Source: Candidatus Poribacteria bacterium (GTDB lineage: Bacteria; Poribacteria; WGA-4E; WGA-3G). From it: a stretch of 64,000 nucleotides of DNA. Positions 42,314 through 56,160 of this stretch are shown here, one piece after another. A program made the position numbers and the translations under genes. Position 1 is the first letter of the stretch. Each line of letters starts with the position of its first letter. A model generated the notes under the pieces. That model was not told where the DNA came from. It made no database searches and saw nothing but the letters and a program-made list of their open reading frames with translations. The stretch covers positions 1,216,001-1,280,000 of the forward strand of contig CAXXLX010000001.1 in the NCBI GenBank assembly GCA_963665235.2, read 5' to 3'.

Positions 42314-42874
42314 ATGTACAAAAATTTAGGTAAACAAAACGGCCTTACATTATGCATGTTAGCCGCTCTTATTTTCACAGTGTGTTTCACGCTAGGGTGC
42401 GAAAATGTTTCATCAACAGCTCTGCTTAACGCATTTAGCGAAAGTGATGATTTCGACATTAATATAAGTCGGACGGTTACGGTAACACTCCAAGAACCGG
42501 CTGAAGGATGGAAGTGGTATTACCGGCAAAGCGACTTTCACAGAATATAGCAGCAGCTCGAGCGTTTAGCGCAATTCTGAACTTTGATATTGAGATTCAG
42601 AATGCAGTTCCGGACCGCCGATATGTCGCACATATCTATTCTGGTAACAGCTGTGACGCGCCCGGTAGCATCTGGCAAAATATCAGTTCAGCCTATTCGG
42701 AGTTTCACAGCTGATGAAAACGGTATTGGGAAACTCGACTTTCCCACAAGCCTCACTATTGACACCAATCCGGAAACTGATATACTCGGTAAAGTGATTG
42801 TTATTCACGGCGGCGTTGAAACCGACGATTTAGCAGGGGGCACACTCGTGAGTTGTGGTGTCATAACCCAATAG
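42314..42874 (+). pseudogene. Cu/Zn superoxide dismutase-like lipoprotein interrupted by three +1 frameshifts
   Basis: Frame pieces in order: LGC lipobox..EPAE / DGSGITGKATFTE / YVAHIYSGNSCDAPG / FTADENG..ILGKVIVIH..VSCGVI. Confidence 0.6.
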
Positions 42875-43092
42875 ATTTCAATTTAATGGCGTGCTTTGTA
42901 AGCGCGCCATTCCCTCCATTCTTCTATCCTTCCATTTTTTCCTTTCTCCTCTTTGTAAAGTCGCGAGCCCAGCTCGCTCCTACAGAAGAAAAGTAAAATA
43001 TTTACGTACCTTACAAACGAAAAAAAGCTTGCATTTTTTCACATTTATGGTATAATTTTTTTTAATATCTAAAGCGAAAGGAGATTGTGATT

Positions 43093-43971
43093 ATGCAAGC
43101 ATTTGAGTACGTGGCGGCTAAAACGGTATCCGAAGCTGTCGCCCTGCTTGATGAAAAAGGGGAGCAAGCCCGAATTCTTGCAGGCGGCACCGACCTCATC
43201 GTTCAAGCAAGAGAAGGAAAACGAACCGTAGACTGGATGGTCGACATTAAATCCATACCTGAAGTCAACGTAATAGCGTACGATACCGACACCGGGTTAG
43301 TGCTTGGTGCAGCGGTCCCGTGTTATCAGATTTATGCTGTCGATGCAATTTGCGATGCGTATCCTGGGCTAATTGATGCAACCAAAATTATCGGTGGCAC
43401 AGCAATTCAGGGACGTGCAGGGGTTGGTGGAAACCTATGTAACGCTTCCCCCGCAGCGGATTGTATCCCCCCCCTAATTGTGCTCAACACAACGTGCGTT
43501 ATTGTCGGGCCGAGCGGTGAACGCGAAATACCTGTTGAACAGTTCTGTACCGCTCCTGGGCAGACGGTGTTGGAGAGAGGCGAAATGTTAGTCAGCCTCA
43601 AGATACCAGCCCCCCAGAAAAATTCAAGTTCCTACTATCTCAGATTTATCCCACGCAACGAGATGGACATTGCAGTTGTTGGCGCGGGGGCTGCTGTTGT
43701 TCTGGATGATGCTAAACAGCGGATTGTTTCTGCCCGTATTGCATTAGCAGCTGTTGCCCCGACACCGCTCTTTGCAGAAGAAGCTAGTGCACTTCTCACA
43801 GATAGAGAAATTTCCGATACCGCAATTGACGAAGCCTGTAGGGCCGCTCAAGAAATTGCGCGTCCTATCACCGATATGCGCGGCACGGCAGCTCAACGGA
43901 CACATCTCGTCGGCGTGCTAACCCAACGTGCCCTTAAAGGTGCAATTCAGCGAGTGTTGGACACAACGTAA
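43093..43971 (+). CDS. Xanthine dehydrogenase-family FAD-binding subunit (CoxM/XdhB-like)
   Basis: ILAGGTDL, GGNLCNASPAAD, PITDMRG. Confidence 0.92.
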   Translation: MQAFEYVAAKTVSEAVALLDEKGEQARILAGGTDLIVQAREGKRTVDWMVDIKSIPEVNVIAYDTDTGLVLGAAVPCYQIYAVDAICDAYPGLIDATKIIGGTAIQGRAGVGGNLCNASPAADCIPPLIVLNTTCVIVGPSGEREIPVEQFCTAPGQTVLERGEMLVSLKIPAPQKNSSSYYLRFIPRNEMDIAVVGAGAAVVLDDAKQRIVSARIALAAVAPTPLFAEEASALLTDREISDTAIDEACRAAQEIARPITDMRGTAAQRTHLVGVLTQRALKGAIQRVLDTT

Positions 43972-44074
43972 TCGCGATAACTGCCGAAAACGCTGTCTGA
44001 CAGTCCACTTGTAGGTCGGGTTGAACCTAGCGAAACCCGATAAATCCCTAACAACTTAAAAAGGAATACACACT

Positions 44075-44545
44075 ATGGCAAGAAAAACCCACGTTCAAAC
44101 CACAATTAATGGTGAAACGGTAGAACTTCTCTGTGAAGCCCGGCAAAGTCTATTAGAAGTGCTCCGAGACGAGCTTCATCTCACAGGTGCCAAGGAAGGA
44201 TGCAATAATGGGAACTGTGGGGCATGCAGTGTCATTCTCGATGGCCGGCTTGTCAACTCATGCCTTGTCCTCGGCGTGGAGGCGGAAGGGAAGGCTGTTG
44301 AAACGATTGAAGGGCTCGCGGAACCTGATAAACTGCACCCTATCCAAGAGGCGTTTTTAGAACATGCTGCGCTCCAGTGCGGTATTTGCACCCCTGGCTT
44401 TATCCTGAGTGCTAAGGCACTCCTAGATAGCAACCCATCCCCAACTGAACATGAGGTTCGCTATTGGTTAGCGGGCAACTTGTGCCGATGTACCGGCTAC
44501 GATAAAATTGTGAGAGCTGTCCTGGATGCCGCTACCGCTGCTTAA
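44075..44545 (+). CDS. Xanthine dehydrogenase-family 2x[2Fe-2S] subunit (CoxS/XdhC-like)
   Basis: GCNNGNCGAC..NSC, QCGICTPG, GNLCRCTGY. Confidence 0.95.
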   Translation: MARKTHVQTTINGETVELLCEARQSLLEVLRDELHLTGAKEGCNNGNCGACSVILDGRLVNSCLVLGVEAEGKAVETIEGLAEPDKLHPIQEAFLEHAALQCGICTPGFILSAKALLDSNPSPTEHEVRYWLAGNLCRCTGYDKIVRAVLDAATAA

Positions 44546-44563
44546 ATGGGAGGTATATCCGTA

Positions 44564-46819
44564 ATGTCTGAAAAGAAAGAATATAAAGTCATCGGCACCC
44601 GGCCGATACGCCACGATGGTGTCGACAAAGTCACCGGGCGCGCGCTTTACGGCGCGGATTTTCAAATCACCGGGCTCCTACACGGTAGAGTGCTTCGCAG
44701 CCCGCATGCCCATGCTCGAATTGTCGCTATTGACACAAGCCGTGCGGAAGCGTTCCCCGGCGTTAAGGGAGTCGTTACCGCAAAAGACCTGCCCACAGCG
44801 GAGGATAAAATCGCCAACCTTGGGGAGGGGCCCGTCAATCTTAAACACCTCTGCGATAATATTTTAGCAAGCGACAAAGTCCTCTATAAGGGCCATGCTG
44901 TCGCCGCTGTCGCTGCAACGAACCCACATATTGCAGAAGAAGCTTGTGAGCTGATTGATGTTGAATATGAGGTGCTATCCCCCGTGCTTGAGGTCCGACA
45001 GGCAATGGAACCGGATGCACCGCTCCTCCATGAACATCTGAAAACGAGTTCTATGGGGGAAACGGCTGACGAACCGAGCAACGTTGCAAGTCATCTCCAG
45101 TACAAGAAAGGGGATGTTGACAAAGGTTTTGCCGAGGCTGACGTTGTTATTGAACAGGAGTTTGTCACAGGCACCGTTCATCAAGGTTACATTGAGCCTC
45201 ACAATGCAACTGCACTTTACAATCCTGATGGGCAGTTGACGGTGTGGTGCAGTACACAAGGCGCGTTTACTGTGCGAGAACAGCTCTCTGAAATCCTTCA
45301 ATATCCTATTTCCAAAATTAAGGTCGTCCCGATGGAAATTGGTGGTGGTTTCGGGGGCAAAATTAACGTGTACATTAAACCTGTGGCTGCGCTCCTTGCG
45401 AAGAAAACCGGAAAGCCGGTTAAGGTTTTGATGAACCGCGCCGATGTGTTTGAAGGCACCGGCCCCACCCCCGCCTCTTATATACGCGTCAAGATGGGAG
45501 CTAACCAATCCGGGAAACTGACTGCTGCTGAAGCATATCTCGCTTTTGAAGCGGGTGCGTACCCCGGTTCTCCTGTTGGCCCTGGGGCGATGTGTATCTT
45601 TGCCCCCTATAACATTGAGAACGTTCTGATTGATGGCTACGATGTTGTTGTGAATAAACCGAAAACTGCACCTTACCGTGCTCCGGGAGCAACGAATGCC
45701 GCTTTCGGTTCAGAGACTGTCCTCGACGAGATTGCTGTGCAATTAGAGATAGACCCGTTGGAAATCCGATTGCAAAATGGTGTAAAAGAGGGGGACCGGC
45801 GCGCAGATGGGCCCGTCTATCCACGCATCGGTTACATTGAAACAGTTGAAGCAGCGAAAACGCATGCACACTACGCCACCTCAAACGGTAAAAAACACCA
45901 TGGACGCGGTGTCGCCTCCGGTTTCTGGTTTAACATCGGTTTAGCATCTAGTGTAACGATTAGCGTTAATCCGGATGGCACGGTGAACCTCGTTGAAGGG
46001 TCCACGGACATCGGGGGTACCCGTGCTTCGATTGCGATGCAAGCAGCTGAAGTCTTAGGCATATCCGCGGAATCTGTCAATCCGACGGTTGTTGATACCA
46101 ATTCCATCGGTTACACGGCTGTCACTGGGGGCAGTCGGACAACTTACGCGACAGGCTATGCGGCTTATGAAGCAGCACAAGATGTCAAAAATCAGATGAT
46201 TGCTCGAGCTGCGACACTGTGGGAGGTTGACGAGGCAGATGTCCAGTTTGCAAATGGTGAATTCTCCTGCGTCAACGGCAAAGAGGAGCAGATGAGTTTT
46301 CGTGACCTTTCCGCGAGGCTTGGTGAAACCGGTGGCCCTGTTGTAGGCAGAGCTGCTGTGAATCCGACAGGCGCGGGAGGTGCATTTGCAACCCATATTG
46401 TTGATTTGGAGGTTGACGCGGACACCGGGAAGGTTACGATTCTTCGCTACACTGCGACGCAGGATGCCGGCCGCGCCATTCATCCGAGCTACGTCGAGGG
46501 ACAAATACAGGGAGGTGTTGTCCAAGGCATCGGTTGGGCACTGAATGAGGAATATATCTATAACGCTGAAGGGGAAATGGTTAACGCCAGCTTCCTCGAT
46601 TACCGAATGCCGACATGCTTAGATTTGCCGATGATTGACACTGTCATCGTTGAAGTTCCCAATCCAGGGCACCCGTTCGGTGTACGTGGAGTCGGAGAAG
46701 TTCCGATTATACCGCCTCCGGCCGCAATTGCCAATGCCATCTACGATGCAGTCGGAGTTCGGATGCTGGAGCTGCCCATGTCGCCTGACCGGCTCTTGAA
46801 GGCGATGGGGAAAATCTAA
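44564..46819 (+). CDS. Xanthine dehydrogenase-family molybdopterin-binding subunit
   Basis: KVTGRALY, LRSPHAHA, GGGFGGK, YRAPG, GQIQGG, GVRGVGE. Confidence 0.93.
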   Translation: MSEKKEYKVIGTRPIRHDGVDKVTGRALYGADFQITGLLHGRVLRSPHAHARIVAIDTSRAEAFPGVKGVVTAKDLPTAEDKIANLGEGPVNLKHLCDNILASDKVLYKGHAVAAVAATNPHIAEEACELIDVEYEVLSPVLEVRQAMEPDAPLLHEHLKTSSMGETADEPSNVASHLQYKKGDVDKGFAEADVVIEQEFVTGTVHQGYIEPHNATALYNPDGQLTVWCSTQGAFTVREQLSEILQYPISKIKVVPMEIGGGFGGKINVYIKPVAALLAKKTGKPVKVLMNRADVFEGTGPTPASYIRVKMGANQSGKLTAAEAYLAFEAGAYPGSPVGPGAMCIFAPYNIENVLIDGYDVVVNKPKTAPYRAPGATNAAFGSETVLDEIAVQLEIDPLEIRLQNGVKEGDRRADGPVYPRIGYIETVEAAKTHAHYATSNGKKHHGRGVASGFWFNIGLASSVTISVNPDGTVNLVEGSTDIGGTRASIAMQAAEVLGISAESVNPTVVDTNSIGYTAVTGGSRTTYATGYAAYEAAQDVKNQMIARAATLWEVDEADVQFANGEFSCVNGKEEQMSFRDLSARLGETGGPVVGRAAVNPTGAGGAFATHIVDLEVDADTGKVTILRYTATQDAGRAIHPSYVEGQIQGGVVQGIGWALNEEYIYNAEGEMVNASFLDYRMPTCLDLPMIDTVIVEVPNPGHPFGVRGVGEVPIIPPPAAIANAIYDAVGVRMLELPMSPDRLLKAMGKI

Positions 46820-46885
46820 TATTTGAGACGGAACCCGTAGGCGGGGTTTCAAACCTTGCTTACCGATAAGGGGGCATCCACCATA

Positions 46886-47167
46886 ATGCCTATTGTAGCT
46901 ATCCCATCCCTCATGCGGAATCTAACCGCGGGCAAAGAGCATGTCACCGTCGAGGGGACCACGCTCCGGGAGGTGATTAACGATTTAGAGAGGCTTTACC
47001 CTGGCACAAAAGTGAAGTTTTGTGAAGGCGACCGCATCCGTCCAGGCATCGCTGTCTATGCAGACGGTATTCTTATCAGAAGGAGTCTAGGCGAACTTGT
47101 TGATGAGAATGCAGAAATTCATTTTCTTCCGGCTATCGGTGGTGGTATCGATGTCAATTCGGCTTAA
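46886..47167 (+). CDS. MoaD/ThiS family sulfur-carrier (ubiquitin-like) protein
   Basis: VEGTTLREVINDLERLYPG..EIHFLPAIGGG plus a 6-aa tail, at the end of the Mo-enzyme operon. Confidence 0.85.
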   Translation: MPIVAIPSLMRNLTAGKEHVTVEGTTLREVINDLERLYPGTKVKFCEGDRIRPGIAVYADGILIRRSLGELVDENAEIHFLPAIGGGIDVNSA

Positions 47168-47558
47168 CACGCCTCCGTCAAATCCCCATGCTTTAGCTTG
47201 TGGGATGTAGACGGCTCAGGGCGTTGTTGAAAAATTTAATTTGACTTTTACCGAAAAATGTGAATTATATCAGCATCGTGGACAGCATTCTCAGACTACA
47301 CTCTCATGTAGTTGCTGTCCCTCAACCCTGAGAAGTTGCGTGATGCTGGTGCGAAATCACTGAAAACATTTCGGGATACACCGACGCTACATGTGGAGTA
47401 GAATCCCAGTCAACAGTGTGTATCCCCTCAATTCTATTCTAAAACGGGCAGGCTTAGCTGCCCTAAGTGGAGACGATGTAAGACGAGTTATCCCTCAGGG
47501 GTAACCGCTGTTGTCGAGGAAGCACAAGCCCCCACCTTTAGGTGGTGGGTACTATGAC
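47168..47558 (+). mobile_element. Non-autonomous IS200/IS605-family element (no tnpA or tnpB ORF)
   Basis: Left-end hairpin GTCAAATCCCCATGCTTTAGCTTGTGGGATGTAGAC, right end AAGCCCCCACCTTTAGGTGGTGGGTACTATGAC, TnpB-tail remnant ILKRAGLAALSGDDVR; inserted after TTAA. Confidence 0.75.
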
Positions 47559-47765
47559 AGTTAACCTTTTGGCGGAATACGGTATCGATGTCAATTCGGC
47601 TTAAAATCGACTTTTTGGGAAAACTTGATGTGCGCGCGGGTAGGTTTAAAATTTGTCATGAATTGCATTTGCGCGTAAAAAAAGCGAATTTTAGGAAAAA
47701 AATGTAAAAAAAGTGGTTTTTTTACCAAAATTTGTCAAATTTGTGCATTTTTTTTACATTTTAAC

Positions 47766-47794
47766 TTGACAAACGGTAATTTAGCGTGTATAAT
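47766..47794 (+). promoter_or_regulatory. rRNA promoter (sigma70 consensus)
   Basis: TTGACA-N17-TATAAT with AT-rich upstream sequence and boxA-like TGTTCTTTGAAA at ~47825. Confidence 0.85.
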
Positions 47795-47913
47795 TAATAT
47801 TACCTTTTGAAAGAAAGGTGAAGTTGTTCTTTGAAAGTTAAATAGTGAACGTGACGTGCCTATTAAATAGCTTGTGAGTGCACCTCATTTTTTTGAGAAT
47901 GTACTTCATTACT

Positions 47914-49471
<1,558 letters not shown>

Positions 49472-49579
49472 CACTAATAGGTATATTCTCACACAATCTG
49501 CCTATTCAGCTCTTAATCTTACAAGACACGCACAATCGCTGTTTTAACTTTCAAGGACACTCTTCCTATCACCTCACAC

Positions 49580-49653
<74 letters not shown>

Positions 49654-49807
49654 TCCTTTTTTCCCTTGTTATTCAGAAAATCCCCTCCCCAAAAAAATTA
49701 TAGTAAACTTTAGAACTAATCGGGCATAATGAAGTTTAAATAACTATTTCGGTGATTGACAGGCAATGAATGGTTTCCCTACTCCTAGCCCTCTTGTTGG
49801 TAGTAGG

Positions 49808-49962
49808 ATCTTTATAGAAGCAGAGGGACACGCCCCAAATCTTAGTCCCATCGGGACGCTATCTTTATAGAAGCAGAGGGACACGCCCCAAATCTTAGTC
49901 CCATCGGGACGATACCTTTATAGGGGTTAGTGCAAACCGACATTTATTATCAAACTCACGTT
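49808..49962. repeat. REP-like tandem units (53-bp period) ending in the same terminus as the 57190-57490 MITE
   Basis: TTAGTCCCATCGGGACG at 49842 and 49895; GGTTAGTGCAA..GACATTTATTATCAAACTCACGTT. Confidence 0.75.
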
Positions 49963-50600
49963 GCACTATGATAAATGGAAGGGTGGAAGGGTGGAAGCGG
50001 GGCAGGGTGGATTTCGCGTGTGTTGTCAGAATGCCCGTCGCATTTGGGCGAGGATGCCGCAAAGTGCGGTGGACACAGCGGACACAGCGGACGCGGAAAA
50101 AAGAGGTTTGTTGCTAACATCTACGCATTTTTTGCTGAATCAAGGAAGGTGCGGAGGACGCGGCGGAGGCGGAAAGAAGCGGGGTTTGGGTAACATCTAT
50201 AACCCTATCGCCCCGCTGGGGCTATTTTGTGTTTTGTTTGGGTTTTCTATAAAGATACCGCCCCGCTGGGGCTAAGAGCGGACTGTTCCCCTCAAGTTAC
50301 GTTAGGAGGTCGCGTGCGAAGCAGGTTTCTACATAAGATGAATGTCGGGATTCCAGACAGGTCGAGGGGTGCCAGTCGCGTGCGAAGCACACTCCTACAT
50401 AAGACATCGGACTGTTTGTACAAAAACTTTACACACCCGTTGTTAGAAATGAAACGGAGAACGGAAGACCCAAACTGGAAGTTTATGCTACAAGAAAGAG
50501 ACATTTTCAATTAGAAATGGTATAACATAACAGAACGCCGAACCATTTTACGGAGGAAAGCGGTGCGTTTTGCAACTCACCTGATTATCCCCCGATAGCG

Positions 50601-51060
50601 TTTGTGTCAAAAAGTGTAACATTTTTACCGGAACCGCACGAAAAAGTAGGAGGCAGAACGGTAAAAATCAGGAACGACTGATACCCGAAAACCGTCAGTT
50701 GAAATGACACATTTTGTTTTTTATGTGTTGCGAAAAAGAGAGGTCAAAACCGCTTACAAACATAGATGGGGCGTGCGTTCAGGCACATTCAGAACCGTGA
50801 ACCGGATGTTACACTTTGTGTCGAAAGTGTAACATTTTCACACAAATAGCACAAAAAAGTAGGAGGCAGAACCGTCCGAAAAGTAGGCGGAACAGATACC
50901 CGAAAACCGGCAGTTGAAATGACACATTTTGTTTTTTTATGTGTTGCGAAAAAGAGAGGTCAAAACCGCTTACAAACATAGATGGGGCGTGCGTTCAAGC
51001 ACATTCAGAACCGTGAACCGGATGTTACACTTTGTGTCAAAAGTGTAACATTTACACCGG
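50601..51060. repeat. About 215-bp tandem duplication with palindromic junctions
   Basis: Two near-identical units, each bounded by AAAGTGTAACAT...ATGTTACACTTT. Confidence 0.85.
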
Positions 51061-51101
51061 TTTTGTACAAAAACTTTACACACCCAATTTGCAAAATAAA
51101 T

Positions 51102-51305
51102 TTGACAATGCTCATATTTTGTGGTATACTATATACTGAAATTAGGGATATAACACAGAAAATCCCATTTTTTTCAAAATAAATTTGACTTTTGTCGGAT
51201 TTTATGGTAGAATTAAGCAAAATAAATTTGACAACGCCCATATTTTGTGGTATACTATATACCGTTGAAAATAAATTTGACAATGTTCGGATTTTGTAGT
51301 ATACT
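51102..51305 (+). promoter_or_regulatory. Four tandem sigma70 promoters upstream of tRNA-Ala/23S
   Basis: TTGACA51102/TATACT51125; TTGACT51185/TAGAAT51208; TTGACA51228/TATACT51251; TTGACA51277/TATACT51300. All have 17-bp spacers. Confidence 0.85.
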
Positions 51306-51320
51306 ATATATCACGTGTTT

Positions 51321-51393
51321 GGGGGTGTAGCTCAGATGGGAGAGCATCTGGTTTGCAACCAGAAGGCCAGCGGTTCGATTCCGCTCATCTCCA
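51321..51393 (+). tRNA. tRNA-Ala (TGC)
   Basis: GGGGGTG...anticodon loop TTTGCAA...GGTTCGATT...CATCTCCA with G3:U70. Confidence 0.95.
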
Positions 51394-51486
51394 TCGCCTC
51401 ATCGAATGTATATTTCGGTTAAAGAGGCAATGTTCTTTGACAACTGTATAGAGAGGGTAAATCGGTAGAATATAAAGATATCACCT

Positions 51487-54530
<3,044 letters not shown>

Positions 54531-54616
54531 TTTATCTTTACCTACCGACACCTTCAAACCTATACAGTTGTCAAATATTCTTGGAATGGCTCAACCCCAG
54601 AGCCGTACGAAAAACT

Positions 54617-54734
54617 TTCCGGTGGTAATAGCGAAGGGGCCACACCCGTATCCATCCCGAACACGGTAGTTAAGCCCTTCAGCGCTGATGATACTTCGGG
54701 GGAGACCCCGTGGGAAAGTAGGTCGCTGCCGGGA
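54617..54734 (+). rRNA. rrf: 5S rRNA
   Basis: CCGGTGG..CACACCCGTATCCATCCCGAACACGGTAGTTAAG..GAAAGTAGGTCGCTGCCGG. Confidence 0.95.
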
Positions 54735-54745
54735 ACCCCTCCAAT

Positions 54746-54772
54746 AAAGGGCAGACACAAAATCTGCCCTTT
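54746..54772 (+). terminator. Hairpin after the 5S rRNA gene
   Basis: AAAGGGCAGA-N7-TCTGCCCTTT. Confidence 0.6.
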
Positions 54773-54888
54773 GGCAAAATTTGCCTTTTAGATAGATATT
54801 ATTCAATTGTCCTATAGAATTTGTCCAAAGCATTCAATTTCGGATATCTAGGAGATATGGCGAAGCATCAGGGGACCCTAAAATTTGA

Positions 54889-55216
54889 ATGAGCATAACG
54901 CTAGTAATTTACCAAGACCAATCTGGAAATGCACCTTTCGAAAAATGGCTCTCTAATATTAAAGACAAAAAGACAGAAATAATAATTCGTAGTCGCTTAA
55001 GTAAGGATTGAAGAAAGTGGGAATTTAGGCGATCATAAGTCATTAAAGGATGGCGTATTTGAATTTCGGATACATTATGGAGCAGGGTATCGAATTTACT
55101 TCGGCAAGATAGATAGTGATACTATTCTGCTATTAGGGGGCAGCGACAAACGTTCACAAAAGCAGGACATTAGAAAGGCAAAAATACATTGGAAAGAACA
55201 CAATTCAAGCAGGTAA
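54889..55216 (+). pseudogene. RelE/ParE-superfamily addiction-module toxin with one frameshift near 55004
   Basis: MSITLVIYQDQSGNAPFEKWL..IRSRLS / RIEESGNLGDHKSLKDGVFEFRIHYGAGYRIYFG..LLLGGSDKRSQKQDI. Confidence 0.8.
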
Positions 55217-55219
55217 AAA

Positions 55220-55603
55220 ATGCGTAACTATAGAAAATTTAAAAACTACCACATTGAACGACTACGAAATCCAGAAGACGCAAAGATGTACCTCTCTGTC
55301 GCGCATGAGGATTATAAAGAAAATAAAGACATAGACGCTTTCCTACTGGCGGTCAAAGATGTAGCAGAAGCACAAGGCAATATGTCTAATGAATATCGTG
55401 GTAGTAGTCTGGATGATCTTCTCAAAGAGATAGGCATCTTTGAGGAAGTGTCTGCACTCACCAAGGGGCGTTTGGAAGCTCTACAGAATGGGGAAACAGT
55501 TGAGCTAGAGGATACTTCTGAGCTGCCTGATAAGATGCTTAAACCCATTGGCGGATTTTTCCAACGACTTCGAAAAACGCTTCTACGACAAACTGCTGAT
55601 TAG
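55220..55603 (+). CDS. Chimeric antitoxin (addiction-module antidote N-terminus fused to an HTH-less GSxFDDFL-type domain)
   Basis: ERLRNPEDAKMYL..FLLAVKDVAEAQG followed by MSNEYRGSSLDDLLKEIGIFEEV..GGFFQRLRK. Confidence 0.75.
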   Translation: MRNYRKFKNYHIERLRNPEDAKMYLSVAHEDYKENKDIDAFLLAVKDVAEAQGNMSNEYRGSSLDDLLKEIGIFEEVSALTKGRLEALQNGETVELEDTSELPDKMLKPIGGFFQRLRKTLLRQTAD

Positions 55604-55641
55604 TGAGCTCCATATACGGCAGTTAAAAGATCTTCCTAGGT

Positions 55642-55701
55642 CCTTCGGAGAAGACCCCGTGGGAAAGTAGGTCGCCGCCGGGAACCCTCCAATAAAGGGC
55701 A
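55642..55701 (+). repeat. Duplicated 3' end of 5S rRNA plus flank (direct repeat of ~54694-54754)
   Basis: CTTCGG..AGACCCCGTGGGAAAGTAGGTCGC(C/T)GCCGGGAACCC(C)TCCAATAAAGGGCAG in both places; followed by terminator GCAGGTT-AAT-AACCTGC-T7. Confidence 0.9.
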
Positions 55702-55804
55702 GGTTAATAACCTGCTTTTTTTCATGCAATTTGCAGTTTTCTTGACTCGACACCCCAAATTATGTTACAATTTCCTTGTTTACAGACATATCGGTTACTG
55801 TGCC

Positions 55805-56143
55805 ATGAACGAACAACCTAGACTCCGTGTCGTCTTCTTTCGATCAGAAGCGGGAAATGAACCCGTGCGAGAATGGCTCCGAGGACTTGATAAAGCGGAT
55901 AAACAGAGAATTGGAGTGGACATAGAAAAAGTTAGGTTTGGTTGGCCTGTGAGCATGCCGCTTGTCCGGAAATTGGAAACCGGTTTATGGGAGATACGTA
56001 GTAATCTTCCAAAGAAACGTATAGCACGGATTTTGTTTACGCTTGAAGATAATGAAATGGTACTTCTGCACGGTTTTATCAAGAAAACCCAAAGAATACC
56101 ACGGAGAGACTTGCATCTGGCGCGAAAACGAAAAGATATATAG
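55805..56143 (+). CDS. RelE/HigB-like (Gp49/DUF891) toxin
   Basis: FFRSEAGNEPVREWL..GWPVSMPLVRKL..GLWEIRS..RILF..LLHGFIKKTQRIP. Confidence 0.88.
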   Translation: MNEQPRLRVVFFRSEAGNEPVREWLRGLDKADKQRIGVDIEKVRFGWPVSMPLVRKLETGLWEIRSNLPKKRIARILFTLEDNEMVLLHGFIKKTQRIPRRDLHLARKRKDI

Positions 56144-56160
56144 AAAACCGAGAGAGTAAT

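Noticed and set aside
43093-46819. Aerobic CO dehydrogenase (coxMSL)
   Set aside because: The active-site loop is PYRAPG, not AYxCSFR (form I) or AYxGAGR (form II); substrate unknown.
47288-47356. Hammerhead ribozyme or group I intron (IStron) core
   Set aside because: CUGAGAA does not fit CUGAnGA and I could not identify group I P7 elements.
47144-47604. 24-bp direct repeat as a target-site duplication
   Set aside because: The second copy is 22 bp beyond the element end and IS200/IS605 elements make no TSD; it is better explained as a pre-existing tandem repeat.
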